NCBI GenBank assembly: GCA_019058445.1
Contig: JAHPZA010000010.1
Location: 448,001 to 512,000 of the forward strand
Source of the DNA: Promethearchaeota archaeon
GTDB lineage: Archaea; Asgardarchaeota; Lokiarchaeia; Sigyniarchaeales; SOKP01
Direction: 5' to 3'
DNA length: 64,000 nucleotides
Part shown: positions 31,610 to 40,991 of the stretch, one piece after another
How the letters are laid out: every line of letters starts with the position of its first letter
Numbering within the stretch: position 1 is the first letter of the stretch
Notes under the pieces: model-generated
Told to the model about the DNA's origin: nothing
Databases searched by the model: none
Seen by the model: the letters and a program-made list of their open reading frames with translations, nothing else
Position numbers and translations under genes: made by a program

Positions 31610-32650
31610 TTAGATTTTGGATTTTAAATCATCGATCTTGTTCTTAAGTTCAAATTTTTCACCAGATAAATCTAATTTGTCAGGAGGTATGGAATTATAA
31701 AGTTCTAAGATATATTGATAACGATTTAAAGCTCTTTGGTACAGCTTCGCATTTTCTTCTTTTTTAGCTTTTTCTAATAATAATCGTACCTTATCAATAG
31801 TAATTTTGACATCAGAGGGAATATTCTTAAATTTGGCAGATTTAAGTTCGTCTTTTTGTTTTTTCTCATCTAAAAGAGTATCCACTCGTTTTTGAAAGTG
31901 TTCTTCCTGTTCTTGCCTCTTCTGCATTTGAGAGCTTTTCTTTTTAAAATATTCTTCTTCGTAGATTTCTATATGCTTTACTTCTTGGTATAAAATATCA
32001 ACTTGATCAAACCAGCCTAATTCTTTGAAGATATTAATTGCCTCCCTATAAAAACCCTTAGCCTCTTTAAATTTTTTATTTTCGATTGCCATTTTGGCGC
32101 GATCCAATGCATTTTCCCCTTCTTTCATTAAAATTTCTTTGTTTTTTTCTTTTTCTGCATCAATCCTGGATTCTTCTTGACGAGCTTGTATTTCTTGTTT
32201 TTTGAGGTTTTCTCTTTCTTTAATTTTTTGATCTTGAGATCGTCTAAATTCTGTTTCCTTTTCTCTCTTAATCATTTGTTCACGTATCCTTGCTCTTCTT
32301 AATTCTGCCTCTGAAAGAAAGTCTTTTCGATTATCTAATGATTTTTTTTCTTGAGGCTCTATTTCTTCTATATCTTTATTAGCGGTGATTTCTTCTTTCT
32401 TCTGTACCTGATTTATCATTCCTTTAATCTCAGTAGCTGGTTTTTTATTTGTTCTTTGTTCATATTCAATCACCCTCTTTATTTGAGCAAGTTGTTTTTC
32501 AATAATATTAACTTTTCCCATATAATTTAGCTGAATATATATATCTCTTGCTTTTTCAAAAAGTGGTTTTGAAGTTTGATAATTTTTCTTTTTTAGTTCA
32601 ACTTTAGCCTGTTTTTCTAATTCTTCAGCTTCGACTTCAGACTTTAACAC
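31610..32650 (-). CDS. TPR-like/coiled-coil hypothetical protein
   Basis: Three helical hairpin repeats separated by charged coils. Confidence 0.6.
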   Translation of the reverse strand: MLKSEVEAEELEKQAKVELKKKNYQTSKPLFEKARDIYIQLNYMGKVNIIEKQLAQIKRVIEYEQRTNKKPATEIKGMINQVQKKEEITANKDIEEIEPQEKKSLDNRKDFLSEAELRRARIREQMIKREKETEFRRSQDQKIKERENLKKQEIQARQEESRIDAEKEKNKEILMKEGENALDRAKMAIENKKFKEAKGFYREAINIFKELGWFDQVDILYQEVKHIEIYEEEYFKKKSSQMQKRQEQEEHFQKRVDTLLDEKKQKDELKSAKFKNIPSDVKITIDKVRLLLEKAKKEENAKLYQRALNRYQYILELYNSIPPDKLDLSGEKFELKNKIDDLKSKI

Positions 32651-33200
32651 TTACATCACTAAGGTAAATTAATTGATATATTTTAGATAGAAATTTTAGA
32701 AAAAATAATATCCCTATAAATTTGAAATATAAATATACTACTCTAATTTAAAATTTGATAAAATGAAAAATTGTGAATTATTAATTTATGGAAGATTAAA
32801 TATTGGATTTAGAAAAGAAACCATAATTTTGCCTAATTTGATAAAAATTAAATATTATGATTATTTAATCATACTAACATGATTATGAGACGATTAAAAA
32901 GTTTGAAAACTCAAACAAAGGATAAAACCCTTAAGAAGGGGAAGTATTATAGCATGTGCTATATACAATAATCCATTAAAAATTCGTCTCTGTTGATTTC
33001 TCTCATTCTTTTGATATTCTTTTGATTCTTTGCTTTTTACTGGGAGAGACGACTTTCATTAGGATTTGAACTTTATAATTTGTTGAGGTTTTAATAAGAT
33101 TTTGTAGAAAAATCGAGAAAATATGATTTAGTCTAATTTAGATTAAGGAAATTCACGATTAAAGCAAAAAATTTAAATAATATAATGTACTATAATAATA

Positions 33201-34295
33201 TTGATTATGAATAGAATAAAAATTGGTATATTAGGCGCTACCGGGATTGTTGGTACAAATTACATCAAATTATTACAAGAACATCCTTGGTTTGAAATAG
33301 TAGATCTAGCGGCATCACCACGATCAGCAGGAAAAACATATGAAGAAGCAGTTAAAGTAAAATGGCATATGACTATACCTATCCCTGAAGATTTAAAGAA
33401 CAAGATTGTAAGAGACGTTCAAGACTTCAATTCAATAGCTTCAGAACTTAGTTTTGTATTTTCAGCAATTAATATGCCGAAAAAAGAACAAATTAAAGAA
33501 GTAGAATTCGAATATGCTAAAAGAGGTATACCAGTAATAAGCAATAATTCCGCACATAGGTGGACGCCAGATGTCCCAATGATTATAGGTGAAATTAATT
33601 CAGAACATGTGAATGTGATTCCAATACAGCAAAAAAATAGAGGTTATGATAAGGGATTTATTGCTGTAAAACCAAATTGTTCACTTCAGAGCTATTTAAC
33701 TCCAATATTTGCACTCGAGAAAGCAGGTTATAAAGTTGATAAAATCATTGTTACCACACTTCAAGCGGTCTCTGGAGCGGGATACCCGGGTGTTTCATCG
33801 TTAGATATGATTGATAATATTGTTCCCTATGTTGGAGGAGAAGAGGAAAAAACCGAAAAAGAACCATCAAAAATTTTAGGAAGTGTGGGAGAAACAGGAA
33901 TTGTACCAGATGAGTCTATTCAAATTAGTGCAACTTGTACTAGAGTCCCTGTTACCGATGGGCATACTGCCAGTGTAAATGTAAAGTTTAAAGATAAAAT
34001 TCCTTCTCAAGAAGAAATAATTAAGATTTGGACTGAATTTAAAGCAGAACCTCAAAAATTAAATTTACCATATGCTCCCTCACAACCTATAATTTATCTT
34101 GACAATATAGATCGACCACAACCTAGAAAAGATAGAGACAATGATAAAGGAATGGCAGTAACAGTTGGCAGATTAAGAAAAGATAATGTATTTGATTATA
34201 AGTTTTTGTCTCTCAGTCATAATACTATTAGAGGAGCAGCAGGAGGTTCATTATTGACAGCAGAACTATTAAAGGCGAAAGGATTTTTAACATAA
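33201..34295 (+). CDS. asd: Aspartate-semialdehyde dehydrogenase
   Basis: GATGIVG, PNCS, QAVSGAG, RVPVTDGH, HNTIRGAAG. Confidence 0.96.
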   Translation: MIMNRIKIGILGATGIVGTNYIKLLQEHPWFEIVDLAASPRSAGKTYEEAVKVKWHMTIPIPEDLKNKIVRDVQDFNSIASELSFVFSAINMPKKEQIKEVEFEYAKRGIPVISNNSAHRWTPDVPMIIGEINSEHVNVIPIQQKNRGYDKGFIAVKPNCSLQSYLTPIFALEKAGYKVDKIIVTTLQAVSGAGYPGVSSLDMIDNIVPYVGGEEEKTEKEPSKILGSVGETGIVPDESIQISATCTRVPVTDGHTASVNVKFKDKIPSQEEIIKIWTEFKAEPQKLNLPYAPSQPIIYLDNIDRPQPRKDRDNDKGMAVTVGRLRKDNVFDYKFLSLSHNTIRGAAGGSLLTAELLKAKGFLT

Positions 34296-34446
34296 TCAAT
34301 AATTTATCTCCCAAATTTAAATATAAACAATCCTTTACCTAAAGCTTTTTAATACAGAAGTTAATATTATATACTAAATCAAATATTGTTATTTTTAAAG
34401 AAGTACAATTTATTTAACTATACAAAAAATCAAGGAGGATTTTTAA

Positions 34447-34623
34447 ATGACCTTAGAACAAATTTTAATTGGGGTTTTTATAATTATAGGAATTATAATG
34501 ATTATTGTTGGTCTTATTTTAGGATTTACTGGTGCGATATTAATTATTTATGCTGTTTTCTTGGTAATAGGCGGTATAGCTTTAATAGTGATAACCATAG
34601 TCATTGCTTTTATATTAATCTGA
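34447..34623 (+). CDS. Small two-TM membrane protein (58 aa), not in ORF track
   Basis: AGGAGG RBS; MTLEQILIGVFIIIGIIMIIVGLILGFTGAILIIYAVFLVIGGIALIVITIVIAFILI*. Confidence 0.75.
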   Translation: MTLEQILIGVFIIIGIIMIIVGLILGFTGAILIIYAVFLVIGGIALIVITIVIAFILI

Positions 34624-34715
34624 ACAGAATTTTTTTTTTTATTTTTATTTTTTCCTTCTTTAATACAATATTTATAATGGTTCTAAATTACTTAACTATA
34701 GGGATTTAGGTAATA

Positions 34716-36284
34716 TTAAAATTCATGCTTATCAATTAAAACAGGTAGAACCATTTTGAAAAAGCTTTTCATCCCTCTCTCTTTAATATACTTAAACTGG
34801 GGGATTTGAGGGTACATATTAAGGTAATATTCTTTTTTTAATAGATTAAATACCTTAAATTTAGAAAAAAGCTTGAATTTAGCTAGATCAGAACTAAAAT
34901 TCCCAATAATCTTATGCAATAAAAATTTATCGATGTTAATAACAGCCGAAACATACCCATATTTTTCCGACACTTTAGCTCGAATTACATCCAAAGAATT
35001 AATCTTATGCTCTGAAAAGAGTTCTTGCTTTTTGATTGATATAACTTTACTTAGTTTTCTATTTTCAATTTCAAATAAAACAGCAAATTTGAAAGTATTT
35101 TTTATATATTCAACTTTATTAAAATTCTTTTTATCTATTGAGGTTGTTATAATCAAAACTTTCGAATTTAAGCCAAAATTGGAATGTAATGAATTAAAAA
35201 ATAACTGTGGTATTGCCCAATGTGATAATTTTTTAAGATTTAGGTTAAATCGAAAGAGTCTTACCATAAACCGAAAGAAACTATTATAAATTTGCGGTCT
35301 TGGTATCACATACCACTTATTTTCAAAATTCCGTATGCCATATAAGATTTTCTGAAATATTAATTGTAATTTTTCTAATTTTAGGGGAAATTCTAATTCA
35401 AATATATCTAACAAGAGTGCGATTGCATCATTTTGATTGAAAGAATAGACTGTATCTGATTCAACTGTTTGTTTAATGATATTTAATTTATCTGGAATGT
35501 CTAATTTCTCCATCCCGATTCCTAATTTTTCAGGTGTAAAAAGCTTAATAAAGGAGTTAGAACCTTTTGATCTTGGCTTTTCTGTGTGTGCCTTTAAGAT
35601 AAAAGGTTGCTTATTTGTATTAAATAAGATTGATATCTTATACTTAGGTAATAAATTATGGAAGAAGGTAATAATCTCAGAAATTTTGATTCCATTTAAT
35701 AATGTAATATTCCCTTTTATAAAATTATAGAAGTTAGGGGTTGGATAAATATAAAACAAATCATTCTCTAATAATTCTTCTAGTAATCCCATTAACCTTG
35801 GAATAAAGCTAAAATTTGATATACTCTCGATTAAATCACAATGCTGATTTAATAACTCAATTGCTTTTTGCTTAAAAATACGTATTGTTGAGATTCTTAC
35901 GCCCTTTGTTTTCACTATAGCAAGTTGTATCTTATTAAAGAATTCATCTATATTTTTCAGATCTTCCTCTTGAAGTATAATTAATTCATTGGATAATTTT
36001 AGATAGGATTGATGTATACCTGCTTTTTGTGTTTCAAACAGATATACACTTAAAATCTCTTTTTTTTCATCAGAGATAATAATATCAAGAATATTTTGTT
36101 GGTCGTTTACAAATTTGGGGTAAAGAATTTCAAAGAGATAATATAATAAATACGCATCAATATTTACGGGAGTTAATGGAATTCTAACTAATTCCTTTAT
36201 TTTTGAAGGATCATCTAAGATTTGAATATTAGAATTATTTGCAATAATTTTTAACCAATTTGATTTAAACTTAGGATTAAACAT
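34716..36284 (-). CDS. Hypothetical protein
   Basis: Long ORF 3 bp downstream of the DUF362 gene. Confidence 0.65.
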   Translation of the reverse strand: MFNPKFKSNWLKIIANNSNIQILDDPSKIKELVRIPLTPVNIDAYLLYYLFEILYPKFVNDQQNILDIIISDEKKEILSVYLFETQKAGIHQSYLKLSNELIILQEEDLKNIDEFFNKIQLAIVKTKGVRISTIRIFKQKAIELLNQHCDLIESISNFSFIPRLMGLLEELLENDLFYIYPTPNFYNFIKGNITLLNGIKISEIITFFHNLLPKYKISILFNTNKQPFILKAHTEKPRSKGSNSFIKLFTPEKLGIGMEKLDIPDKLNIIKQTVESDTVYSFNQNDAIALLLDIFELEFPLKLEKLQLIFQKILYGIRNFENKWYVIPRPQIYNSFFRFMVRLFRFNLNLKKLSHWAIPQLFFNSLHSNFGLNSKVLIITTSIDKKNFNKVEYIKNTFKFAVLFEIENRKLSKVISIKKQELFSEHKINSLDVIRAKVSEKYGYVSAVINIDKFLLHKIIGNFSSDLAKFKLFSKFKVFNLLKKEYYLNMYPQIPQFKYIKERGMKSFFKMVLPVLIDKHEF

Positions 36285-36287
36285 GAT

Positions 36288-37619
36288 TTATAATCCTCCC
36301 CATATTTTTAGTTTCTCATTGATTTTTTTATTTCTATATAATTTGAGCAAGTTTTGAAATAAGTAAAGTGATGGCACATTACTTTTTCTGTAGTATTTAA
36401 TCAATAAATCAATGCAGTCAAAGATGTTAGGAGGATTTCCGGGTAATTTAAGAATTTTAACATTTTTCTTTAGTTTCGTGCTCTTGATGGCACTATCACC
36501 AAAAATTATTACATTACTTAAATTCTCTGGCACGGGAGGATTGTCTCCTATAAGAAATGAAGTCTTAGATATGTACTTGACATCTTTTATCATATGTGTT
36601 TTTAAAAGATTTAGAAAATGATAAGCTTGTTCAAAATCTCCTAAACTTATGTTACCGGTTTTAATCGAAAAATTTGGAAGAATAATATCCTCTAATCTTG
36701 ATACACATTCTTGAATATTGATCTTTATCTCATTAAGATTCTCTCCAATAACTTGTATTTTAGATATATCATATATTCCTAAATTTCTGTTCCTCGCTTC
36801 TCTAAGTAAGAGATTTTGGTCAACATTATAACTTAATAAGGTGGAAGTAATTGTATCAACAGCAACAGCATCATTTCCTATAACCATTAATCCAGTCTTC
36901 TTTAATTTTGAATCCTTATATATATAGGGGCCAGCCCCCTCTAAAATATAAAATAAATCATTAATAATTAAATCTGGTTTTCTTACTGTGAATACATCTA
37001 TTACGTTTTGTATTAAATCCTTTAAATTTTTACTTTTAAGTACATTTAATTGAGACTTGTTAATGGATAATGAGTAAGAATTAAGAATAGACAATCTAAG
37101 CTTAAAAATTGGATCCACATTTACTTGATTTACAGAAATAAATTTATCTGAATCTAAAATTATTTTATGAACTTCAAATTTTTCATCATTTACATTAATT
37201 TGAGAAAAATTTTGAGTTTTAATTATTTTTAAATCTTTTTTTTTTATATCTTTAAGGAAATAATAATTACTGTAATCTAAAAACACTAATTCTGCTCCAA
37301 TTTTTAAGAAATAACTATTAAGACCAATCAAATCAGATATTAATTTAATCGTGAGTCCTTTTAACGGATAACTTCCAACATATATTTTTTTAGCTCCCGC
37401 TTTATGACAAGTATCAATAATTGCTTCAAGAGTGTCCATATTAGTGTTTACGGGAAAACCTTGGGGCAGTGTTAGATTGAATTTAATAAAAACTTGATCG
37501 CCATCTCTAATATAATTGGTAATCCCTCCAAGCTTTTCTATGCCTCTAAAAACGCACTCCTTAGGAGAAGCTTCTTTACTTATGACAACACTTGTAACTT
37601 TTGACTTTGACGGTTCCAT
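36288..37619 (-). CDS. DUF362-family protein
   Basis: LGGI…GDQVFIKFN, EGAGP, DAVAVD. Confidence 0.75.
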   Translation of the reverse strand: MEPSKSKVTSVVISKEASPKECVFRGIEKLGGITNYIRDGDQVFIKFNLTLPQGFPVNTNMDTLEAIIDTCHKAGAKKIYVGSYPLKGLTIKLISDLIGLNSYFLKIGAELVFLDYSNYYFLKDIKKKDLKIIKTQNFSQINVNDEKFEVHKIILDSDKFISVNQVNVDPIFKLRLSILNSYSLSINKSQLNVLKSKNLKDLIQNVIDVFTVRKPDLIINDLFYILEGAGPYIYKDSKLKKTGLMVIGNDAVAVDTITSTLLSYNVDQNLLLREARNRNLGIYDISKIQVIGENLNEIKINIQECVSRLEDIILPNFSIKTGNISLGDFEQAYHFLNLLKTHMIKDVKYISKTSFLIGDNPPVPENLSNVIIFGDSAIKSTKLKKNVKILKLPGNPPNIFDCIDLLIKYYRKSNVPSLYLFQNLLKLYRNKKINEKLKIWGGL

Positions 37620-37710
37620 AGTAATAGACTTCCATGGATAATTGATTTATTAATTAATACATTTTTATAATATTATAATTTTAATGTTAAATTAAATTAA
37701 ACCTTTAGCG

Positions 37711-38610
37711 ATGGTATTAAAAATCTTAAAAAAAAATATAATAAAAATTCAAATTACTCAATCAGACATTAATTTTCCTTTAAACGTAGTTGGAATCGAT
37801 CTCGGACAAACTCTTACAAAAATCGCATATCTTGAAAAAGAAAATGAATTGAACCTATTAATGTTATCAACCAATTTAGATTATAAGAAAATATGTGAGT
37901 TTTTAGAATCAGTTCTTATAAACAATAAGAGGATTAATTTTACAGGAGGGAGAGCTTTTACTTTTCATGAAATATTCTTGAAAAAAACAGAATCAAAACT
38001 GCTAAATGAATTTCAATCAAACGCTAAAGGAATAGAGGCTTTATATTTATTAAATAAAAAAAAGGTTTTACCTAATTCTTTAATAATAAACATCGGAACA
38101 GGAACTTTCGTACTTTTAAAGAAACAAGAATTTAAACATTTAGGAGGATCTGCACTCGGAGGAGGATTTTTTATGGGATTTATTAAATTGTTATATGATA
38201 TGGATGATTATCAGGAAGCAATTAAATTAGCAGAAAAAGGGGATAGATATAATATTGATCTAAAGGTTTCTGATATATATGCGCCAAAAGATCACAGAGT
38301 AAATTTAGTTTTTAGAGAATTTACTGCTGCCTCGTTTGGAAAGATTGAGCAGATTCTTGATACTAAATCTGTTAAGAAGAAAGATGTGATAAATTCTCTT
38401 ATCTGTTTAATTGGTGAGAATATAGGTTCCACAGCAAATTTGATGGCAAAGAATCATGATATAAATTCTATCATTTTTTGTGGGGGATTTTTGAGAGATA
38501 ATAAGATCTTACAAAGAATTTTTTCGGCTATATGTGGAATAAATAAAAATAAAGCAATATTTTTAAGAAATTCAGAATTCTGTGGAGCAATTGGGGCGCT
38601 TTTAAGTTGA
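37711..38610 (+). CDS. Type II pantothenate kinase (CoaW/Fumble-like)
   Basis: GIDLGQTLTK, TGG, EF, NIGTG, GGSALGGG, DLKVSDIY, AASFGK, GAIGA. Confidence 0.85.
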   Translation: MVLKILKKNIIKIQITQSDINFPLNVVGIDLGQTLTKIAYLEKENELNLLMLSTNLDYKKICEFLESVLINNKRINFTGGRAFTFHEIFLKKTESKLLNEFQSNAKGIEALYLLNKKKVLPNSLIINIGTGTFVLLKKQEFKHLGGSALGGGFFMGFIKLLYDMDDYQEAIKLAEKGDRYNIDLKVSDIYAPKDHRVNLVFREFTAASFGKIEQILDTKSVKKKDVINSLICLIGENIGSTANLMAKNHDINSIIFCGGFLRDNKILQRIFSAICGINKNKAIFLRNSEFCGAIGALLS

Positions 38611-38638
38611 ATTTAAGATGGGATATTAATAAAAAGAT

Positions 38639-39895
38639 TTAGTTAAATTCATTATCAATAAGTTTGACAAATTCTAAGCATATTTCAAGAAAGGTCATTT
38701 GTATTTCCTTTTTGATATTTTCGGGTGTATCATCAGGAGAATGCCAATGGGGAGCTTTATTTTTTCCTTTTTCTGTACCCATTATTACTGCAGCTTTATA
38801 TCCCTTATGAATATAGCGACAAGCATCGCTGGATCCTATAATTAATCTCCCAGTTCTTAGAGGTAGTAAATCTGGATTATCTTTCTTAATTTTAGCATGA
38901 ACACTTTGAATTTTTTCAATTATTTCCTTATCATAAACTGCCTTATGCATATCTTTTAAAACGGCGAGAATCTCTTCTCCATCCCCGCATTCTTCCAAAA
39001 TTAGAGCATAAGCATTATCTAATATTCCTAACTTTCCATATTTTTCTACAAAAGCTTTAGCTCCTTTATCTCCCACTTCTTCACTTCCTTGAGATCCCAC
39101 CCAGACTTCCACATTTTTCGGTCTATTTTGGCTTAAATATTTACCAACTGCTGCGGCTACTGCACTCGCAGCTAGATTATCATTTGCTCCAGGGACAACA
39201 GTTTTACCTAAAAATCCTCGTACGACCCAAATAAATAGAGGATATATAACAATAAGCGGAATGAAATAAAATAAATCAATTATAGTAAAAGAAAAAAATC
39301 CCCATCCTATTAAAACAATCGTCGGTCCATAAAATATTTGTGCTAGAAACTTCCAAATTGAAAAAATAATGGTATGAAACAAAAAATATATTCCAAGTAT
39401 AATTTTTATAAGGGGAGGCTTCTTCTTATACGTAGCGATTTTCATTTGTTTAGCGCTATCGCTATGACCTTCAAAAATTATACGGAATTTAACATCCCCC
39501 TTTGGTTTTATTATTCCGAATACATTACTAGAAGTTCCCTTTTTAAAAAGAATTTTAATCCATTCTTTCATCAAAACAAGCTCAGTATAGAGAACAAAAA
39601 GTCCAAAAAAAATAAAAATAGAAGATAAAATAGGAAAAGGAAACACTAACGGCATAAATATTACCGAAATAGCACACAGAGTTCCAGCTACCTTTAATAG
39701 CCCTTGTGGATAAAGTGAGGGATAAGTTTCAAATTCATCTATAAAAGTTTCGTTACAAAATTTCTCTAACTCTCCTTTAATCCACAAGTTTGCATCTTTT
39801 TCTGCCTTACTACAGGAATATCTTGGCCCAAACTTTTTACAAATCGTATTAACAAAATTATACATATAATCAGAATATGTATTATCAATTCTCAT
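38639..39895 (-). CDS. M28-family peptidase with TM insertions
   Basis: GHSD, GANDN, SEEVG, SDA, HWHSPDD. Confidence 0.85.
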   Translation of the reverse strand: MRIDNTYSDYMYNFVNTICKKFGPRYSCSKAEKDANLWIKGELEKFCNETFIDEFETYPSLYPQGLLKVAGTLCAISVIFMPLVFPFPILSSIFIFFGLFVLYTELVLMKEWIKILFKKGTSSNVFGIIKPKGDVKFRIIFEGHSDSAKQMKIATYKKKPPLIKIILGIYFLFHTIIFSIWKFLAQIFYGPTIVLIGWGFFSFTIIDLFYFIPLIVIYPLFIWVVRGFLGKTVVPGANDNLAASAVAAAVGKYLSQNRPKNVEVWVGSQGSEEVGDKGAKAFVEKYGKLGILDNAYALILEECGDGEEILAVLKDMHKAVYDKEIIEKIQSVHAKIKKDNPDLLPLRTGRLIIGSSDACRYIHKGYKAAVIMGTEKGKNKAPHWHSPDDTPENIKKEIQMTFLEICLEFVKLIDNEFN

Positions 39896-40017
39896 AAAGA
39901 TCCTTTACCTCGTTTAAAGATTTATTAGTAAAATGTATGAAGTTTGATGCGTCGTTATATTTATATTTTGTCTTGAGAAGCTAGTAATTTAGGTCAATTT
40001 ATAGCAAGTTTTATATA

Positions 40018-40096
40018 TTAGTGTGCCCATGGAGACTTCTAATCATCGTAATAATTATAAATTAACCTCATAGAAACACTATAATGGGCACATTAA
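40018..40096. ncRNA. Candidate structured non-coding RNA (long hairpin)
   Basis: TAGTGTGCCCAT/ATGGGCACATTA stem, internal loop, TTCTA/TAGAA inner stem, in an AT-rich intergenic region. Confidence 0.45.
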
Positions 40097-40170
40097 TAGT
40101 AGGTTTTTAGAGCTATTAATTTTTATTGGTTAAAAAATAAAAAAAAAGGGAATTAAAAGAAAAAATGATT

Positions 40171-40815
40171 TTATTCTGCTACAGCATGCTTACCTAATAA
40201 ATCATCATTTGATTTACCTAGTCTAATTGCTAACTCAGCAATAATAGCATCCAGATATGTAAATGCAACTTGTTCAAAAGCAGTTCCCTCAGGAGTTAGA
40301 ATGGCCGTATCATCCCCTTCTTCAATAGCACGGTCTCTTTTACTCCTTCCTTTTAATTTGATGGTGATATCACCCATTCGACCAATTGTTGTTTCAGGAT
40401 GAGATGTTATACATACAATTCCATAGGGTTTTATCTTATTTACATAGCTATTTAACATACTTACTACAATTTCAGTCGTTCCTGAACCTGATAGAACGAT
40501 TAAAATATCTTTCTCACGCATAGCGGGATTACTAGTCAAATTGGTAATCATGTACGGTCCAGCGCCTAAATGAACCAATCTTGTAGCGAAACATTGTAAA
40601 ATAAATGCACTCCTGCCAGATGCTAACAAGAAAAACCGCCTTTTATTAAGAATCGCATCATGCATTAGTTCTATAAACTTTTGAGTATGTTGAAAATATT
40701 TAGGTTTATTGAGATGCGTCATATTATCTTGGAGATTTTTCATTATGAGTTCCATGGATTCAAATAGAATTTTTCTTGCCTTTCCATTTACCTTCTGATT
40801 TTCCTCAACCATCAT
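40171..40815 (-). CDS. hxlB: SIS-domain sugar-phosphate isomerase, 6-phospho-3-hexuloisomerase-like
   Basis: SGRS, RLVHLG, SGSGTT, PEGTAFE, C-terminal HA. Confidence 0.8.
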   Translation of the reverse strand: MMVEENQKVNGKARKILFESMELIMKNLQDNMTHLNKPKYFQHTQKFIELMHDAILNKRRFFLLASGRSAFILQCFATRLVHLGAGPYMITNLTSNPAMREKDILIVLSGSGTTEIVVSMLNSYVNKIKPYGIVCITSHPETTIGRMGDITIKLKGRSKRDRAIEEGDDTAILTPEGTAFEQVAFTYLDAIIAELAIRLGKSNDDLLGKHAVAE

Positions 40816-40991
40816 TTTAAATATTTGATATTTTTTTAGGGTATATTACTAGTAAGTTAAATTTTAAAAAATAAGTTTGGGTATAGTTTAATTTTGAGTT
40901 TTTTATTTTTAAATACTAATATTAAGGGATTACTTATATTTCGAGAGCTTAATGATATTCTAACTCCGTTTTTTATTGGATTATAATATTG

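Noticed and set aside
34386-34709. 107-aa ORF from the track
   Set aside because: Asn/Tyr/Phe-rich off-frame reading; the overlapping 34447-34623 frame has the RBS and a coherent TM pattern
40018-40096. Hairpin as a second SECIS
   Set aside because: Upstream hxlB-like gene has no in-frame TGA and the upper helix/AAA geometry does not fit
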